NCBI GenBank assembly: GCA_000708835.1
Contig: DF236964.1
Location: 310,001 to 374,000 of the forward strand
Length of the DNA: 64,000 nucleotides
From: Klebsormidium nitens
Taxonomy: Eukaryota > Plantae > Klebsormidiophyceae
Direction of reading: 5' to 3'
The notes below the pieces were generated by a model, which had not been told where the DNA came from, made no database searches, and saw nothing but the letters and a program-made list of their open reading frames with translations. Shown here piece after piece: positions 50,351-63,014 of this stretch (position 1 is its first letter; each line of letters begins with the position of its first letter). A program made the translations under genes and the position numbers.

Positions 50351-52779
50351 GTACGTTCATGTAGGAATCCGAATTCGAGATCGAGACTACTGGGCAGATG
50401 ACGACTTTGACGATTGATTAGTAGCCGAGTTGCCAGATTTTCTACTCTCGGCTAAATGAAACGGCGCGGACTGAGCACTACATGACGTCTTGCTGATTGT
50501 TAGAACAATGTTCGCCACGCCAAAAAGTCTGTGTATCTGGGATCAAACGGCGGTTACAACTCCATTTGAACCCAGGCCAATGTTCAGAGGGACAAGTTCG
50601 TATGCTTGAGTCAATCTATAAGAGATTACCGAGGCGGAAGTACGTTGATCTCTGAACGGACTCTATGTATATCTGCTTGATCGAGCGGTAGTATCTTGAA
50701 CCGACATACCACTCGTCAAGATTTGCGCACTTTGGGGCGGACTGTGCCCACGAAAGCAAGCAACGTCGCTTTATGTGCCACAGTGCATTCACTGGCAGCC
50801 TCACTTCAAGAGACAAGACTTTAACATATCTTTGTACAAATTATAACCACCGTCAGATGACCAAAACCACTTGCCTCAACTTTCTTTAGAACATTGCGCT
50901 CATGCGAAGTTTTTGGCCACCCCAAGGCACGTTAGGCGCGCCTTATATATAGGGCAGTAGTGACTCTCGAAGCCCCGAAAATTTCCTGTCTGCGACTCCC
51001 AAGCTCCCTCGTGCCTGAACAGGGTTTGGAATCCTAATATTTCGGGCTTTTGAAGCAAGCTAGAACTTCTACAGATCTATGTAACGATGCGCAAGTGAGG
51101 TTAGATGCTGCTGACGCCTTCCTTTCAGCGGGAGCATCGAAACGGGGCTCACCAGCGAGAGTTAGCCCCGTTCTACTCTTTTCGTTTCAGATTCTGTCGT
51201 AGGACGAGAAGCGGAAGTCCGAGTCAAGCCAGTGCTTACTTGCCGCGCAAGACCACACTTGCCGCACTGCGCCCACTTATTGAGCAGAACACGTTTCGGC
51301 TTCACCAATTTGCATGAAATGTTGCAGAAACGTCGTCCTCAGTTCTCCTTAGATGCTCACGTTAAACGTGCTCGTGTTGGTGGCTGGCTTCATCCCTCAT
51401 CATCCTTGGGCACTCGAAGTACGTCACGGGCTTGAATAGATCCTGGCAAGAAGAGGCATAATCCTGACTGGCCAGAGGTGGGACGAAGTACGTGAGCCAG
51501 TTCTTCACATGCTCTTTTTTTCCTGTTTCGTCGCCCATCCAGAAAGAGGGCGGGTAGCGTAGAACAAAGTGCAGAGTTCACTGAATACATCCCGCGGCAA
51601 GGTATCCACTTGCCTTGCCCCACTTCGGGTGAACCTATCTCAACTTTTGCTTCGACTGAGCAGCCCCTACTACCATCTCGCCCCCCATGATTATCTTGGA
51701 GGCACTGATTTGACAGTGTATGGTCATCAGATTGATGGCCACGCTTCAAGGTCTCGAGACGAATGAGCCCCTGATTGCGTCCCTTTACATAAGTAGTTCT
51801 TGGAATTCTTTCCAGGAGTTTATCTTTGCCAAAGAGTTTATTTCAGACTCGAAATGAACCTCGCATTGACATGTACTAAGTGGCGCTGGGGCCAGTCGAA
51901 CACCACTGCTAAGTATGACTTGTTACCGAGAAATTTATATTCGCCGTTTAATCATCTAGCTCGATCTGACAGATCTGGTCTAGTCTCTGGTAAGCTCAAA
52001 AGATGTACAATCATGATTTAGGCAGCTTTCCGCTTCGCAACTGTTGGTCATAGCGTGTCGAAGCGGTTGACTAGGAAGGATCACTGGATAATCAGTGCAT
52101 CATCCTGACAGGTTACCGAAGCATGCGTCTCTTTTATTGTCGAAGTAAGCCCGCATTATTAACTGCGTCGACATGTCACTTGCAGAATCGTCCTTGACGC
52201 TTCCCGAATTCGAGCTGGGGATTCAGTTTGTGCATGATGCGAAGGCGCTTATTTCTTGAATACTCTCCTGTCCGAGTACCAGGAGGCGTTCTCGGCTTGG
52301 AAGTCCGGAACTTTCAAAAAGGAATTCCGGAACGAGCCGATTGACCGAGTTACGTCAACCTGGTTTCCAGTGCTCGACATCTTTCGATGTGTTCCCCGCT
52401 TGGCCAATCTCAGTCAACCACCAGAATCAGCGCTCCCCAGCCCCTTGTCAGGCGCGGCAGTGACGATGTACGCTGGGGTTCACCCACGCCAGGGATTCCG
52501 TACTGAGCCATGTGACGCACCTGTTTTCGTCATAGTCAGGCCGTTTTTTCCCATTGGGCACTCACGATTGACGAAAATAAGTTGCAGGGATCAAGACTTG
52601 CTTGACTTCTGCCTGTGCGCTTTATCATCAAAATTTCTGACCTAGCATGCCGTTTCTCTCCTTTTGGAGACCATTGCGGTAGAGCGGGTATTTTTTGCGC
52701 GCTTCGGAGCCGTGCGTCGCTCAAAATCTCTCCTTTCCCTCCGAAGTCCAGACCACACGTTCTTCCGACCTCAACTCCT

Positions 52780-53200
52780 CCATCCTCCGGCCGTTTGACG
52801 AAACCAGGCTGTCAGATTTCGCTTGCAGCGCAACATTTCTTTCTATTGTGAAAACACTGTCGAGTCCCTCAGTTCGCCTGGCCATGTAAGGCTGATCCGC
52901 TTCAATCAATTCGCCGGGAATGTTTGGGTTATTCTTCCCCGCCAGCGTGCAGGTGGATGTTTTCAAACCCTTTTAAATGGTTTGACGAAGAATCTTCCTT
53001 GGTGAGGGACCTGCACTGGTCTTCGAGGCTAGCAAAAAAAGTCCGAGATCAGATGGCAACGGGCTTCTGTCAACGCGGAGAATCCTTCTCCTGCAAATAC
53101 CGAACCACGTCCTGCTGGGCAATGACGCACTGCGCTTTGATCCAGACACAAGTTGGTCAATCAGGGGATTGTGTTGTCGCTGAGCCAGCGTCTTCCGGCC
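52780..53200 (+). pseudogene. More diverged GND/LRR-like family copy
   Basis: VLLGNDAL box at 53118; the upstream sequence resembles 21800-21930 and 25920-26030. Confidence 0.45.
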
Positions 53201-54699
53201 AGAAGACGTCCTTTGGAAGAAGTAGTTTTTCAAGCAGAGCGGCTCGAAGTGGTATTCTTCATGCAGACGGATGACTTGACCCCGAGAAAGTTTTGCTGCA
53301 GAGTTGAAGCGGCTGCGGCCGTAAGTAGTGAACCGCCCAAGTCGCGCTTGCGTACCCACACGCGCGCCTTTGCTATTGTTCCGCTTCGAGGAACAGGCGC
53401 GTTCAGATCGTGCACCCTGCATTAGAAACTTTGATCCAGATGCATGCTGCATCTTCAAGTCTGTTACCAACGCATTTCAGTACTTTCGGGCACTGCTTGG
53501 CCACCGCGGAATTGGAAGTGTGGAAGCAAAAATGATTTCTTGAATAATCTATTGCAATCTGACCGTTTAGATTCGACCTTCCACCTTTCTGAGCGGCTCT
53601 ACATCATGCGGCAGACGTGCGAGACACCAGCACGCGCGCTTTGTCGTGACCGGCGTTCGGTGTCCATTTACGCATGGACACCATTCTGCATGGCGACTTG
53701 AATGGCGGGTTCAATCTGGAGGTATTTCAGGCAACTGTGTCGGCGACCTGAAAGTAGTAAGTCTCGCAAACTGGTGGCATTGTGAAGCGCTGCAACGATT
53801 GGTGTTCGGCCCTTATCTGTCGCTGCTTGGGGATCCGGCCACCCGCGTTCTCTTTGTTGCATCAAGAGCAATCAAAAATTCGAGCCGTCCAATACAGCAA
53901 CACTTACCGTCATGAGAGGTGCAGTTCATCGGGCAAACCCCGAGGACTGTAGGGTGCCCCGTACAGCCGCCGCATGAGCCGCCGAGTGCACGACCCGCAA
54001 GAGTGTACATCTGTTTCTGGTCTTCTCGACAGGGTCAGTTTTCTGCGCTCACAAGCGGTCTTTGCCGCAAGCGTGTGCCAAGCAGCGGTTGTTGAGGGCC
54101 CGCAAATGTTAGAAAGAAGTATACGGCCGACGTGGTTGCCGGCAGAAATAAAACATGCATCACAAGCAACATTATCCTATATCTGCGTCCAACTTATGAG
54201 AGCAGTTTTCAGCATTCACGCCTAGCTTTATTGCCACGTGTCATCTGGTTTGGAGCTAAACTTCAAGTGGGGGTGATGCAAGGGCCCTTGATCGGACTGT
54301 GAGCTCTGAAGTACTACAGCTCACTTGTTCATAGCCCTGGAAGCCCCAGAATGGGAGCCGACCGGTCTCTGCCTTCGCCTCGTCTGCATTGGGATGCCAT
54401 TGCGGACTTTGCTGGGTGAATGTCCAAACGAGCTCAGCTTCACGGGCCCGTACGTCTTCTGATCGTCTGCCCATGAAGCGTTCAGTATCGACACCCAATC
54501 CAATTGCTTCGTTGACGACTTTCCTTTCGCCGCCAAAAGGAAATGAATGAAACGTTAGCAGGGGTTGTATACATTGGACGGATGAAGTCAATGATATCGA
54601 AATTACTCGCGAGTAGCTAGACCCATCAACGGCACAGTCTGCAAATGGGTCGTTCCTGGCCACGCGCAATACGCCTCATGATTTGACCAAGTCTGACGA

Positions 54700-54960
54700 T
54701 CCAGAAAGTAAGTTGTATTATAATGACCTGATCAATAGCCATTTATGCAAGGTCCTACTAATCCGGTCGACAGACTCTGCCAGCATTGCCGAGGCAGCAC
54801 TATCAGTAGAGCCAATCCTTGCGCTGAGTAGACGAGCGACTCTGCTCATGACGGAAAAATGATTTTCTGGCAACTCGATTTCGATGGTGGAATTTGTCAG
54901 CTTGGCGCGGAAAACCACTGGTGGGAGCGGCAAAGAAGACAACAGCCTCAGCTGTAAGGG
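54700..54960 (-). pseudogene. BTB/POZ-like relic
   Basis: The minus strand reads (F)AAPT/VVFRAKLTNSTIEIELPENHFSVMSRVARLL..AMLAESVDR, matching the BTB pattern LAAxSxVFRAML...EIxLP; one frameshift is needed. Confidence 0.4.
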
Positions 54961-55453
54961 ACTGATCGGTCATGAGCTCCTCGGCAGCTCAAGTCCTGCT
55001 TCTCATCGGCGGTGCACGAGCCGTACCGGAACGTTTGGACTTTACAAGGCCCAGGACCAATATCTGATCATGAACCCGGATAAATATAAAGTACGACGGT
55101 AGATCAATTTAAAGGAGCCTATCGACTTGACTTTTGAAATGCAAGTAACGTGGCTCATATTTTACTGTCGTGATGGCTGCCTTGCTTTGATCTTGCAAAA
55201 ATATGATTGGCAGATTGGCTCAGTGGTTTTGAGGTCGTGTAAGAGAAGAAGAAGAGAAGACGACACCCTTTTTCCAGTGCTTACTACTTGATTACTTTGT
55301 ACTTATGAACATCATATATATTGCTGAATCGACACTGTTCACACGTATATGTCAGATCATCTTCATTATATAAAACGCATTGATCATGAACTCAGCCACG
55401 TCTTCACGTCTGCATAGTTGCAAGGAACTCGAACCTCCCATCTTCTTCCGCAG

Positions 55454-55677
55454 GTCACCCTCAAACCCAGTCCCGCTGACCCGAACAATCTGAAAGATGT
55501 CGACATTGAGGGGACGGGTGCCGCGGTGCAGTCGGCGGCGTCGCTGATCCAGCGCACTCTGGCGGATAAGCTGAACAACCCTGGGGGCAGCCGGCCGGGG
55601 GCGGGCGCGGCGTCGCCCTTCTTCAAGACGAGGATGTGCGAGAAGTTCATGCAGGGGGCGTGCACATTCGGGGACAA
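55454..55677 (+). CDS. Single exon of a plant KH-domain/CCCH zinc-finger protein (KH C-terminal strand and helix, plus the first three residues of a CCCH finger); flanking exons not found
   Basis: ccgcag|VTLKPSPADPNNLKDVDIEGTGAAVQSAASLIQRTL...FFKTRMCEKFMQGACTFGDK|gtaagt. This matches the NLKxIELEG..ASxMV..FKTxLCxxFxxGxCTFGDxCHFAHG pattern of plant CCCH-KH proteins. The sequence is GC-rich with clean splice sites. Confidence 0.75.
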
Positions 55678-56308
55678 GTAAGTTCATCTACATGTATCCT
55701 TTCTGTTTACAATTTCTCGGATCGAAAACCCACTGGACGCGCTTCGTAACATGCATTTCGTGTCCAGAGTCCTGGGACAACGAGTTCTTGTTTGGGGTCG
55801 ATGATCTTAGATAAATACTTGGCTGCCCACGCAACACGTTAGATGCACGCAAAATCCCGACGTAGGCGCAATAACTGAGTGTGCCTTGAAAATGCGATCC
55901 TAAGTTCCGGAAGCCCACGGACAGTACGTCGGTCAGGCTCGAGTGTCGTCCTCGAAAGGGGGAAGGGATCCCTCTGGGAGGCTAACGATGCTCGACCGTT
56001 CGATGTAGAGTAAGTTGCCGATTTCATCGATTTCATCATTTCAACGGCTCAAAGTACTACCTTGAGGACAACTGCTTCAAATTGTTTCATCACACTAGTT
56101 CTCAGCCGCTTGGCAGCACAGCTGATTCTCTGCAGCGCCGGCTGCATCATGCCTTCAAAGGTCAGCTGCAGGAACAGAATTCTGCAAGCAACTAGCTGCT
56201 ATAGAACAGTTACCATTGAGAAGGTGCAAGAAGTGCTCCAGCCTTTTTGAAAAGTTGGAGCTGTGAGCTATCTGGCCTTTGGAGACTTTGAGTGCTCCTT
56301 TGCGGGGC

Positions 56309-59300
56309 ATGGCCCCTCCTCTCGGCACCATGGATGCCCCCGAAACGCCCTGCCTGATTGACAGGTGGCGACGCCCCTACACGCCTGGGCTTTTCACACC
56401 TGAGGAGTTTGAGCAATACTGGACGCTTGGGTTTGTCTTGAAGAAGGACGTGTTTGCCCCCGAGGAATTGGAGCCAGCTCGAGAAGCAGTGAACAGGTCA
56501 GTATTTGAGTATACATGTACATGAGTAGTAAGTTTTGCTCAGGTTTTAGGGCTTTGCTAACACAATAGTGATTCAGCTTATTCAGAATCCGAGTCTTCTA
56601 CAGGCAGTTTTGAGGTGTTGGTTTGAGGTTTATCCTTCTTTCTAGGCAATATCTTGGTATGCTGTGGACTTCAGCGGATAACCCTCAGAGTTCTTATTGA
56701 CTTCACAAAGTCACAGCATTCTCTTTCTTCTCACATTTACTGGCATCTGCTGCAATTGTCATGTGTCAACATCACGACCAGCATGAAAAGTTGCAATTGA
56801 AAAAGACAATGAGAAATACAACCTGGTTCTGAGAAAGGATTTCCCCCTCAAGCAACCTTGTACTCTTAGGAAGAACCCGGCGGAGGCGAGGTGGCCTCCG
56901 AAGGTTGAGACTGTCCTACACTTCACAAAGTCTACCTACATCTTCCCAGCTCGTGTTCTTCTTGAGATATCGTATGTATGACGAGTCTCCAAGTGCGATT
57001 CCTGCCCATGTCCTGCTTTGAAAACCCCTCTGCCAATCTTGAAAGCTGGAAACATTGAATTGTCACCTGCCATCTTTTCCCCAAACACATCTTTTGACCC
57101 GACCTCACATCTGCAATGACCGTTGAAATGGTTTCCCCCTTTTCTGCTTCCAACGCTTGTACTTTATCTGGTTATTTAAGGGACTACTCAGAGCTTAGTA
57201 CCACCGCCAAATCATTTTGCCTATACGCGCGCGATGGCTGAGGTCCTACAATCACAATCACCCGCCCTTGACAGCAATCTGCTTCTTTTTCACAATCTTC
57301 ACACCCTTGAGGGAGGGCTTTTTCAAAGATGGGCAGCTGTGAGGCCTAACAACCAATAAAAACAAAATCTCACACTCTTGGAGGGCTTTGTCAAAAGAGG
57401 GGCAGCTGTGAGGCCTAATAAACACAAAACTTCTTGTTTAAGATCCTAAGTTCTGTGGAATTCATTCCTTGTAGGGGAGTTGCAGACATTGCAGACGACC
57501 TGTTCAAAGCCGGCAAGATCAAGAACAAACACGAGGACGCACCGCTTGAAACGCGGCTGACGTTGATTGAGGAGCAGTTTCCCTCGGCGAGCGTGTTGTT
57601 GCATAAGCGGGGGGTGCTTCCCAAGGAGTTCCAAGCCCTGTGGACGGACCCCCGGTTGATGAGCGTGGCCCGACAGCTGCTCGGAGGTGCGGTTTTTGAA
57701 CCCATGTTTTCGTATCCTGCAACTGATGAATGGCATTCAACGCAAGTTCTATTAGCTGGGGTCTAAATTTCGATTGATTGCCTGTGAATCTATGGGGGCT
57801 TTCAAAGGAGCCGACAACGCTTGGCAGTCCGCTTCCTCATCGATTCTTGTCCTCGACGATTACTTTGTGTGAAAGAATGTACGCAGTTTGTAATCGACTC
57901 AGAAGCGGATGAGGACAGGTGTGATTGATCTGTGGCGCTCCCAAGAAGGGCCAGCAGTTCTTGTTACCCCTCTTGCAGTGTTCAGAAGCTATGGCAGACC
58001 TTGGTCTTGAAAAGAGACCAAACCGGAAAGTCACCTTGAATTGCCATCTGATACGGGACAGGATTGTAAACCTTTGCATAGTAGATTGACCATCTTGTCG
58101 AAGCCACTTTGGAAGAGACCTCAAGATTAGAGTGCATGTAACAGATCTCAGGCTCCCACTGATTCTGGTCCAAAGTTATTGCCAAACTTGTTCCATAAGA
58201 CCTCTCATGCTGGATCCGGGTTGTTGTAAGGCGAATCCCCCTGTTTGCCAATGGAAGCCGTTTCTGGAACTCCTAAGCAGTCAAAAATAAAGGTCTCAAT
58301 GAAGCTTGCTGAGAAAGTTCCACGACAAGTTTTTAGAGAAGCCAGGAACTACGAGATTCGCACGAATGTATTTAGTGTCCTCTGCAGATGACATTGGGGG
58401 CCATCCGGTTTGGAACTTGCGGCCCAAGACACCTCAGCAGGAGCAGGCGACAGTTCCGTGGCACCAGGTGACATTCTGGCTCTTTTGGGAGCAGCTTTAC
58501 GAGTACTTCTTCTGATCAGTCTCGTTTCTGGATCGAAGGGTTTGCTTCTGAATTGGGACTGTCCGTAGAAAAGCGGCGAAGCCTCCACTCGATTCCTTGA
58601 TGGCACCCGACCTGTTTCAAAAACGGAGTCAAAGCCACGAACTTCAATTCGTCATTTGTGGGAGTCGTCAAGGAAAAGAAGCCATGGAAGCGGTACATCG
58701 AGCAGGAGGATCCAGAATGTCAGTCAGACTTTGAGCTTGAGCAGTCCTCAGACCAGGTACAGAATGGATCCTTTCCAGACCTGTGCCCGACACGGGTCAA
58801 GGTCCCGTTTTCAAGCCCTCAGGGAGCTTCCAGATGCCATTCGCAGGCCCCTCGTTACCGTACGCGTCAATGAGCTCTCGAGCCTCTGAAAGTGATATGC
58901 GAGGTACTTGGACATTGTGCTTAATTGAAAGGTCCGCAAGGGCACAGCCTGCCTGCCGCGTGGATTTGGAGAACTTGACTAGATTGCCTGAGACGTTCTT
59001 CTTCGACGACATGGTGCCACTTGGACTCGCTTCCACTAGCGTTTGAACCCCTTGATCTAACGACCTTTCTCATTGCACAGTCACAGCACACATACCATCA
59101 TCTCTTTCGTGTCGCTTTTCTGTATTTAAAACAAGGCTTTCTATTCCCAGAGCCCTCGGAAGGACCTCATCTGTTGGCCCGTTTGTTGGCCCCTATCCCA
59201 TATTGCAAGAGCGCTTTTTGCTGGCCCGGCGGCTGTTCCAGCTCCATCAAGTAAACTTCGAGATCACAGTTCCAAGCCACCCCACGAATCCTGTCGAAAC

Positions 59301-61388
59301 CCTGTCGAAACCCTTCAACAAACACAGAAATCTATTACATACTCTATCCATCTTCCGCACAGGACGCCGCGTATCTGGACAAGGTCGCCTGGGAGGTGCA
59401 CCAGGTGACGGCGTGGATTCCGCTCGTTCCGGCCTCCGAGCGGAACGGATGCATGCAGGTCGTCCCGGGGGGGCACCGGACGGGGCGGACCGCAAAGCAC
59501 ACCTGCTGTGCTGGGGGTACCTGGTAAGAGCGCGCTAGAGGGATCCCTCGAGCTTTGTTGTCTGGGCTCTCGTTTGTTGTTGCAACTGCTAGTGAACGGA
59601 ATGTCGGTGCACACCGGTAGTGCCAGAGAAATTCGAGCGCGAGCAACGGCCACAGCGCCTTTGGGTTTGTGGAAGGGGGCCGATAAACGAGTCAGAAAAC
59701 CGGTGCAGAGCACACGTTGGTGATGTATTCAAGAGGCAAGTGAGGGCGACTGCTGTCCGGCAAGAAGCTTCTGATGCTAAATAATGAAAACCTTGCACTT
59801 CGTTGTCAAGGCTTTCGTTAAAGCGTACAATTCAAGTACGTAAAGCCGATACTATGCGTACAAACTGGAACACGATGTCTTTTCAGAGGTGCTCAGCTCC
59901 CCTCGTGCAGATGCAAATGTTCATCCAAGAAGTTAGTGGACAGCCTTCAAGAAGCTCACGCGTTCTTTTTAGGTACGTCGAACTGGACGAAACTGACGCC
60001 GCACAAACTTTGGGGGTGGACCTCCAGTCTGCCGCCCTGACTTGCGAGGTCCCCCTGGGAGGGGTCCTTTTCCTGAACAACATTCTGCCGCACCGTTCGC
60101 TGAACAACCTGAGCGACGGCATCCGGTGGTCGCTGGATTTGCGGTGGCAGAAATGGGACCAGCCCGCGGGGTTTTACGGGTTAAAGGAGGTTATCCCGAT
60201 GACCAAGTCGGGTCAACCAGGTGAGCTCGACGCTTCCACTTCTGCGGGTTTAGTAAAATGGGAGGAACTAGTATGGGGGCGACAAGCACACCAAGAAGCT
60301 ATTGGGAGTGGACATCCCCTCGGTACGTCGTTTACTGGAGAGTTGATGGGGTTTGTTTGAGATAGAAAACAAGACACCTGATTGCTTTGCAGTCTAGTGC
60401 ATTTTTAGCACTTGTGCCTTTAAGATTCTTTCCGTATTGGAGGACTATTATCTGACGAGGGGCGTCCCTCATATCAGGACAAGGTCATGCCGGGCATGTT
60501 TCCGTTACCGTTGCGGTCTTAAGGTTTTCACGTCTTTGAGCACCATCTTCTGATGAGGGGCGTCCTTCAAACCAAGAGAAGGTCATGCTGGCCATCTTTC
60601 CGTTCCTGACCTCGTGAAAAGTGTTGATCTCCTTTGCCACTGGTTGTCTTATTGCATCGGTACAGAGAAGCGCTAACAACTTTGCTCTCAAAGGTATCCA
60701 GGCCTTTCGGACGTATAAAAAACATCCCGACGGTGTGCTTTATCGAATCACCATCACTTCTTCCGCCCCGACCCGTTTTGGTTGACTACGTCAACTCTGA
60801 GGGTCCGCCTGCGAACACTTATCCATCCGACACTTTCAATTTTTCCACCAGGAAGCTAACGCCCATGTCCGCTTGCGAGTCTCTATTTCTTCGTCGACAA
60901 CCTGCCCCACTTGAAACGCTTACGTCTATTCCTGCAACCGACTTGTGCCCCAAATGAAGCCGCCAACGCTCTACCTGCCCGAACTAACTCGCCTTTTTGC
61001 AATTGGGGGAACCAGTGTCACCTTTGGTCCGAGTCGAATGCGTCGCTCTGTCCTTGTTGCAGATTACAAAGTCGACTGGGACGGGTGGGCGAACCTCAGC
61101 CGATCCGCCCTCCAAGAAGGCATCCTTAAACCCGAAACGAAGAGCCTCGTCGAGACCGTCAAAGCAATTGATGCTTCCCACGTGGTTGAGCCCGTCTTGA
61201 AGATTGACGGCGTATCTAGTGTCATGCTCAGCGTCGCTAAAAGCCCCGACTCGCCGACGAGCACATTGGGGGATCCCTTTGACACTACGATTGCGGGGCC
61301 GTGGATGGACCAGTGGCCGATCGTCTTCCACAATAGGCACACGGAGCGGCATGAGCGGGGTTCGGTTCAGGGATGGCATAAGGCGTAG
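56309..61388 (+). CDS. Phytanoyl-CoA dioxygenase (PhyH) family Fe(II)/2-oxoglutarate dioxygenase; exons 56309-56496, 57475-57686, 58388-58467, 59363-59523, 59973-60220, 61063-61388
   Basis: The spliced ORF has QYWTLGFVLKKDVF (PhyH N-terminus), VPWHQ|DAAY (HxD), VTAWIPL..NGCMQVVPGGH, the distal His in ILPHRSLNN and RWSLDLRW. All introns are GT-AG with consistent phases; the stop is TAG. Confidence 0.92.
57294..57418. repeat. Imperfect ~70-bp tandem duplication in PhyH intron 1
   Basis: The identical core gggcagctgtgaggcctaa occurs at 57331-57349 and 57400-57418. Confidence 0.85.
60451..60604. repeat. Imperfect ~56-bp direct repeat in PhyH intron 5
   Basis: tctgacgaggggcgtccctca...aaggtcatgccgggcatgtttccgtt (60451-60506) vs tctgatgaggggcgtccttca...aaggtcatgctggccatctttccgtt (60549-60604). 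Confidence 0.8.
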
Positions 61389-63014
61389 GCCAGAGTTTTG
61401 AGGACACGACGGAAAGCAAGAAAGGGTTGGCGTCTGTTGCACACGCTCAAGAAGGGTCCTGACAGAGCATTCAGGAGTTGTGGCCGTCTTAGCGTCATCG
61501 GAATTCTGCACCTGGTGGAAAAGACCGTGTCGATAAAAATGTGTTGCGGCCTTGGTCTGCGCCTCTCATAAAGGTACGAGGCGCTACCAGGTTAGCGGTG
61601 TGAGTGTGTCCAAGTAACTGAGCCAAATACCGTGCCAAGTTTCTAGTAGGCATTGGATTATTATACACTCTACGTGTTTGTAAAGACAACTCGTTATATA
61701 CGAAGCAGCATAACCATTAGTGTAGTTTGAGGCCATACGGATCCGACATGTCCAAGTCTGGTTTTAATGGTTGATGAGCGCTGGCATATATTCTTCAGAT
61801 GATTCGAGGATCGCTCAGGTCTTTCATTGGTACGTCACTCGCACAGAAAACGCGATCTTGCAGCTAACTGGCCCCGGACTCAGGCCTGTGCAGAACCGCA
61901 TATGCTGTTTGCATTGAACTTCTATGTGCGAGTCCAGATCCAAATCAGTAATACAATGACGAGTACCTGGCATCCGACCGGAGCGCCAACTTCAGGGCCT
62001 CTGTGATACTACACTTCGATCATAAAGCTAGCAATACATATCCAGGCTACTGCATTGCATCATAACCTTGTATCATCATAAGGATGTAAGAATTTGGCGC
62101 TTAGGCCGTCATGTGCAAATCTTGTTGCCCGCCGTCAATCGCCCAAGTCTCGGGCGCCCAACTTAGCACCTTTCGACTGCAATTGCTAGCTATGATATGT
62201 ACTGTGGAATATCGGCGCAGAAGGGCCCTATAGAATCCACCCCCGGCCTGTCTCAGACTGGCCGCCAGCGCGACGAGGCCGCGTAAGCACCCTTTGACGC
62301 GGTCGAATGTAGCAGCTGCCTGCATAGCATTTGTCAAATCATGCTGTTATAGTCTGCAAGTTGCAATATATATATACGAGGCCCATCGTGAGTCCGTCGT
62401 GGCCCGTCGTCGGACATGCCATGATGGCTAGCTAGTATAAGCTTCGATCTCTTCATATGCGAGCATGCGCCGCATGACTGATGTGTTTGGCACGTGATAC
62501 AAGTTGCGCATCCGATCCATTGAAGGCCGGGCTAGCTAATTATTGCTAGGCGCGGCTGCCGCCTTGGTATACATTCCCATGAGCTAGCCGGAACTCTACC
62601 CAACTTGAAAAGGGTGCTAGCTCAATAGCTACATAGCCCCTGGTACGATTTTTCAAGGCTTTGTCACGGTCACCGTGAGCAGGTACCATGTACCATGGTG
62701 CAAGTTTTGACATGGCATCATCTCGGATTTGGCCCCTCGACAAAGCTTCAGGCTTGTGTTGCAAAACAGCCCTGAGTATGCAGGGCCTTTCAAGTTTGCC
62801 TACTTATCATCGACATGCGATGACTTGGAACACGGCCATTATGCATATCAGATCGGATCATTGCGTTTGTTCTCCAAAGTGCCGTTGGATCTGAACCTGC
62901 CAGTGATCTTCCTTCATTGCACGCAGCTGCCAAAATCTCATCGCAAGCACGGACTCGAGCACACGGGCACACCGTGACTTCGACTCACAATGCCATGCAA
63001 CTTTGTGATGTGCT

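Noticed and set aside
50616-50816. Third BTB-like hint (QRSTYFRL)
   Set aside because: Only one short motif, and downstream BTB elements were not found.
16700-53130. aatgatg boxes as snoRNA C boxes (clustered C/D snoRNAs)
   Set aside because: The consensus is ggcAATGATgc/gg/tt rather than RTGATGA, there is no consistent D box or terminal stem, and the motif reads as Gly-Asn-Asp in the conserved frame.
55677-56310. Splicing of the KH/CCCH exon into the PhyH ORF to form a chimera
   Set aside because: The only phase-compatible AG (56291-56292) is a GAG with no polypyrimidine tract, and PhyH has its own plausible ATG.
58797-59036. Protein-like minus-strand ORF inside PhyH intron 3
   Set aside because: 79 aa with no recognisable domain and no supporting splice structure.
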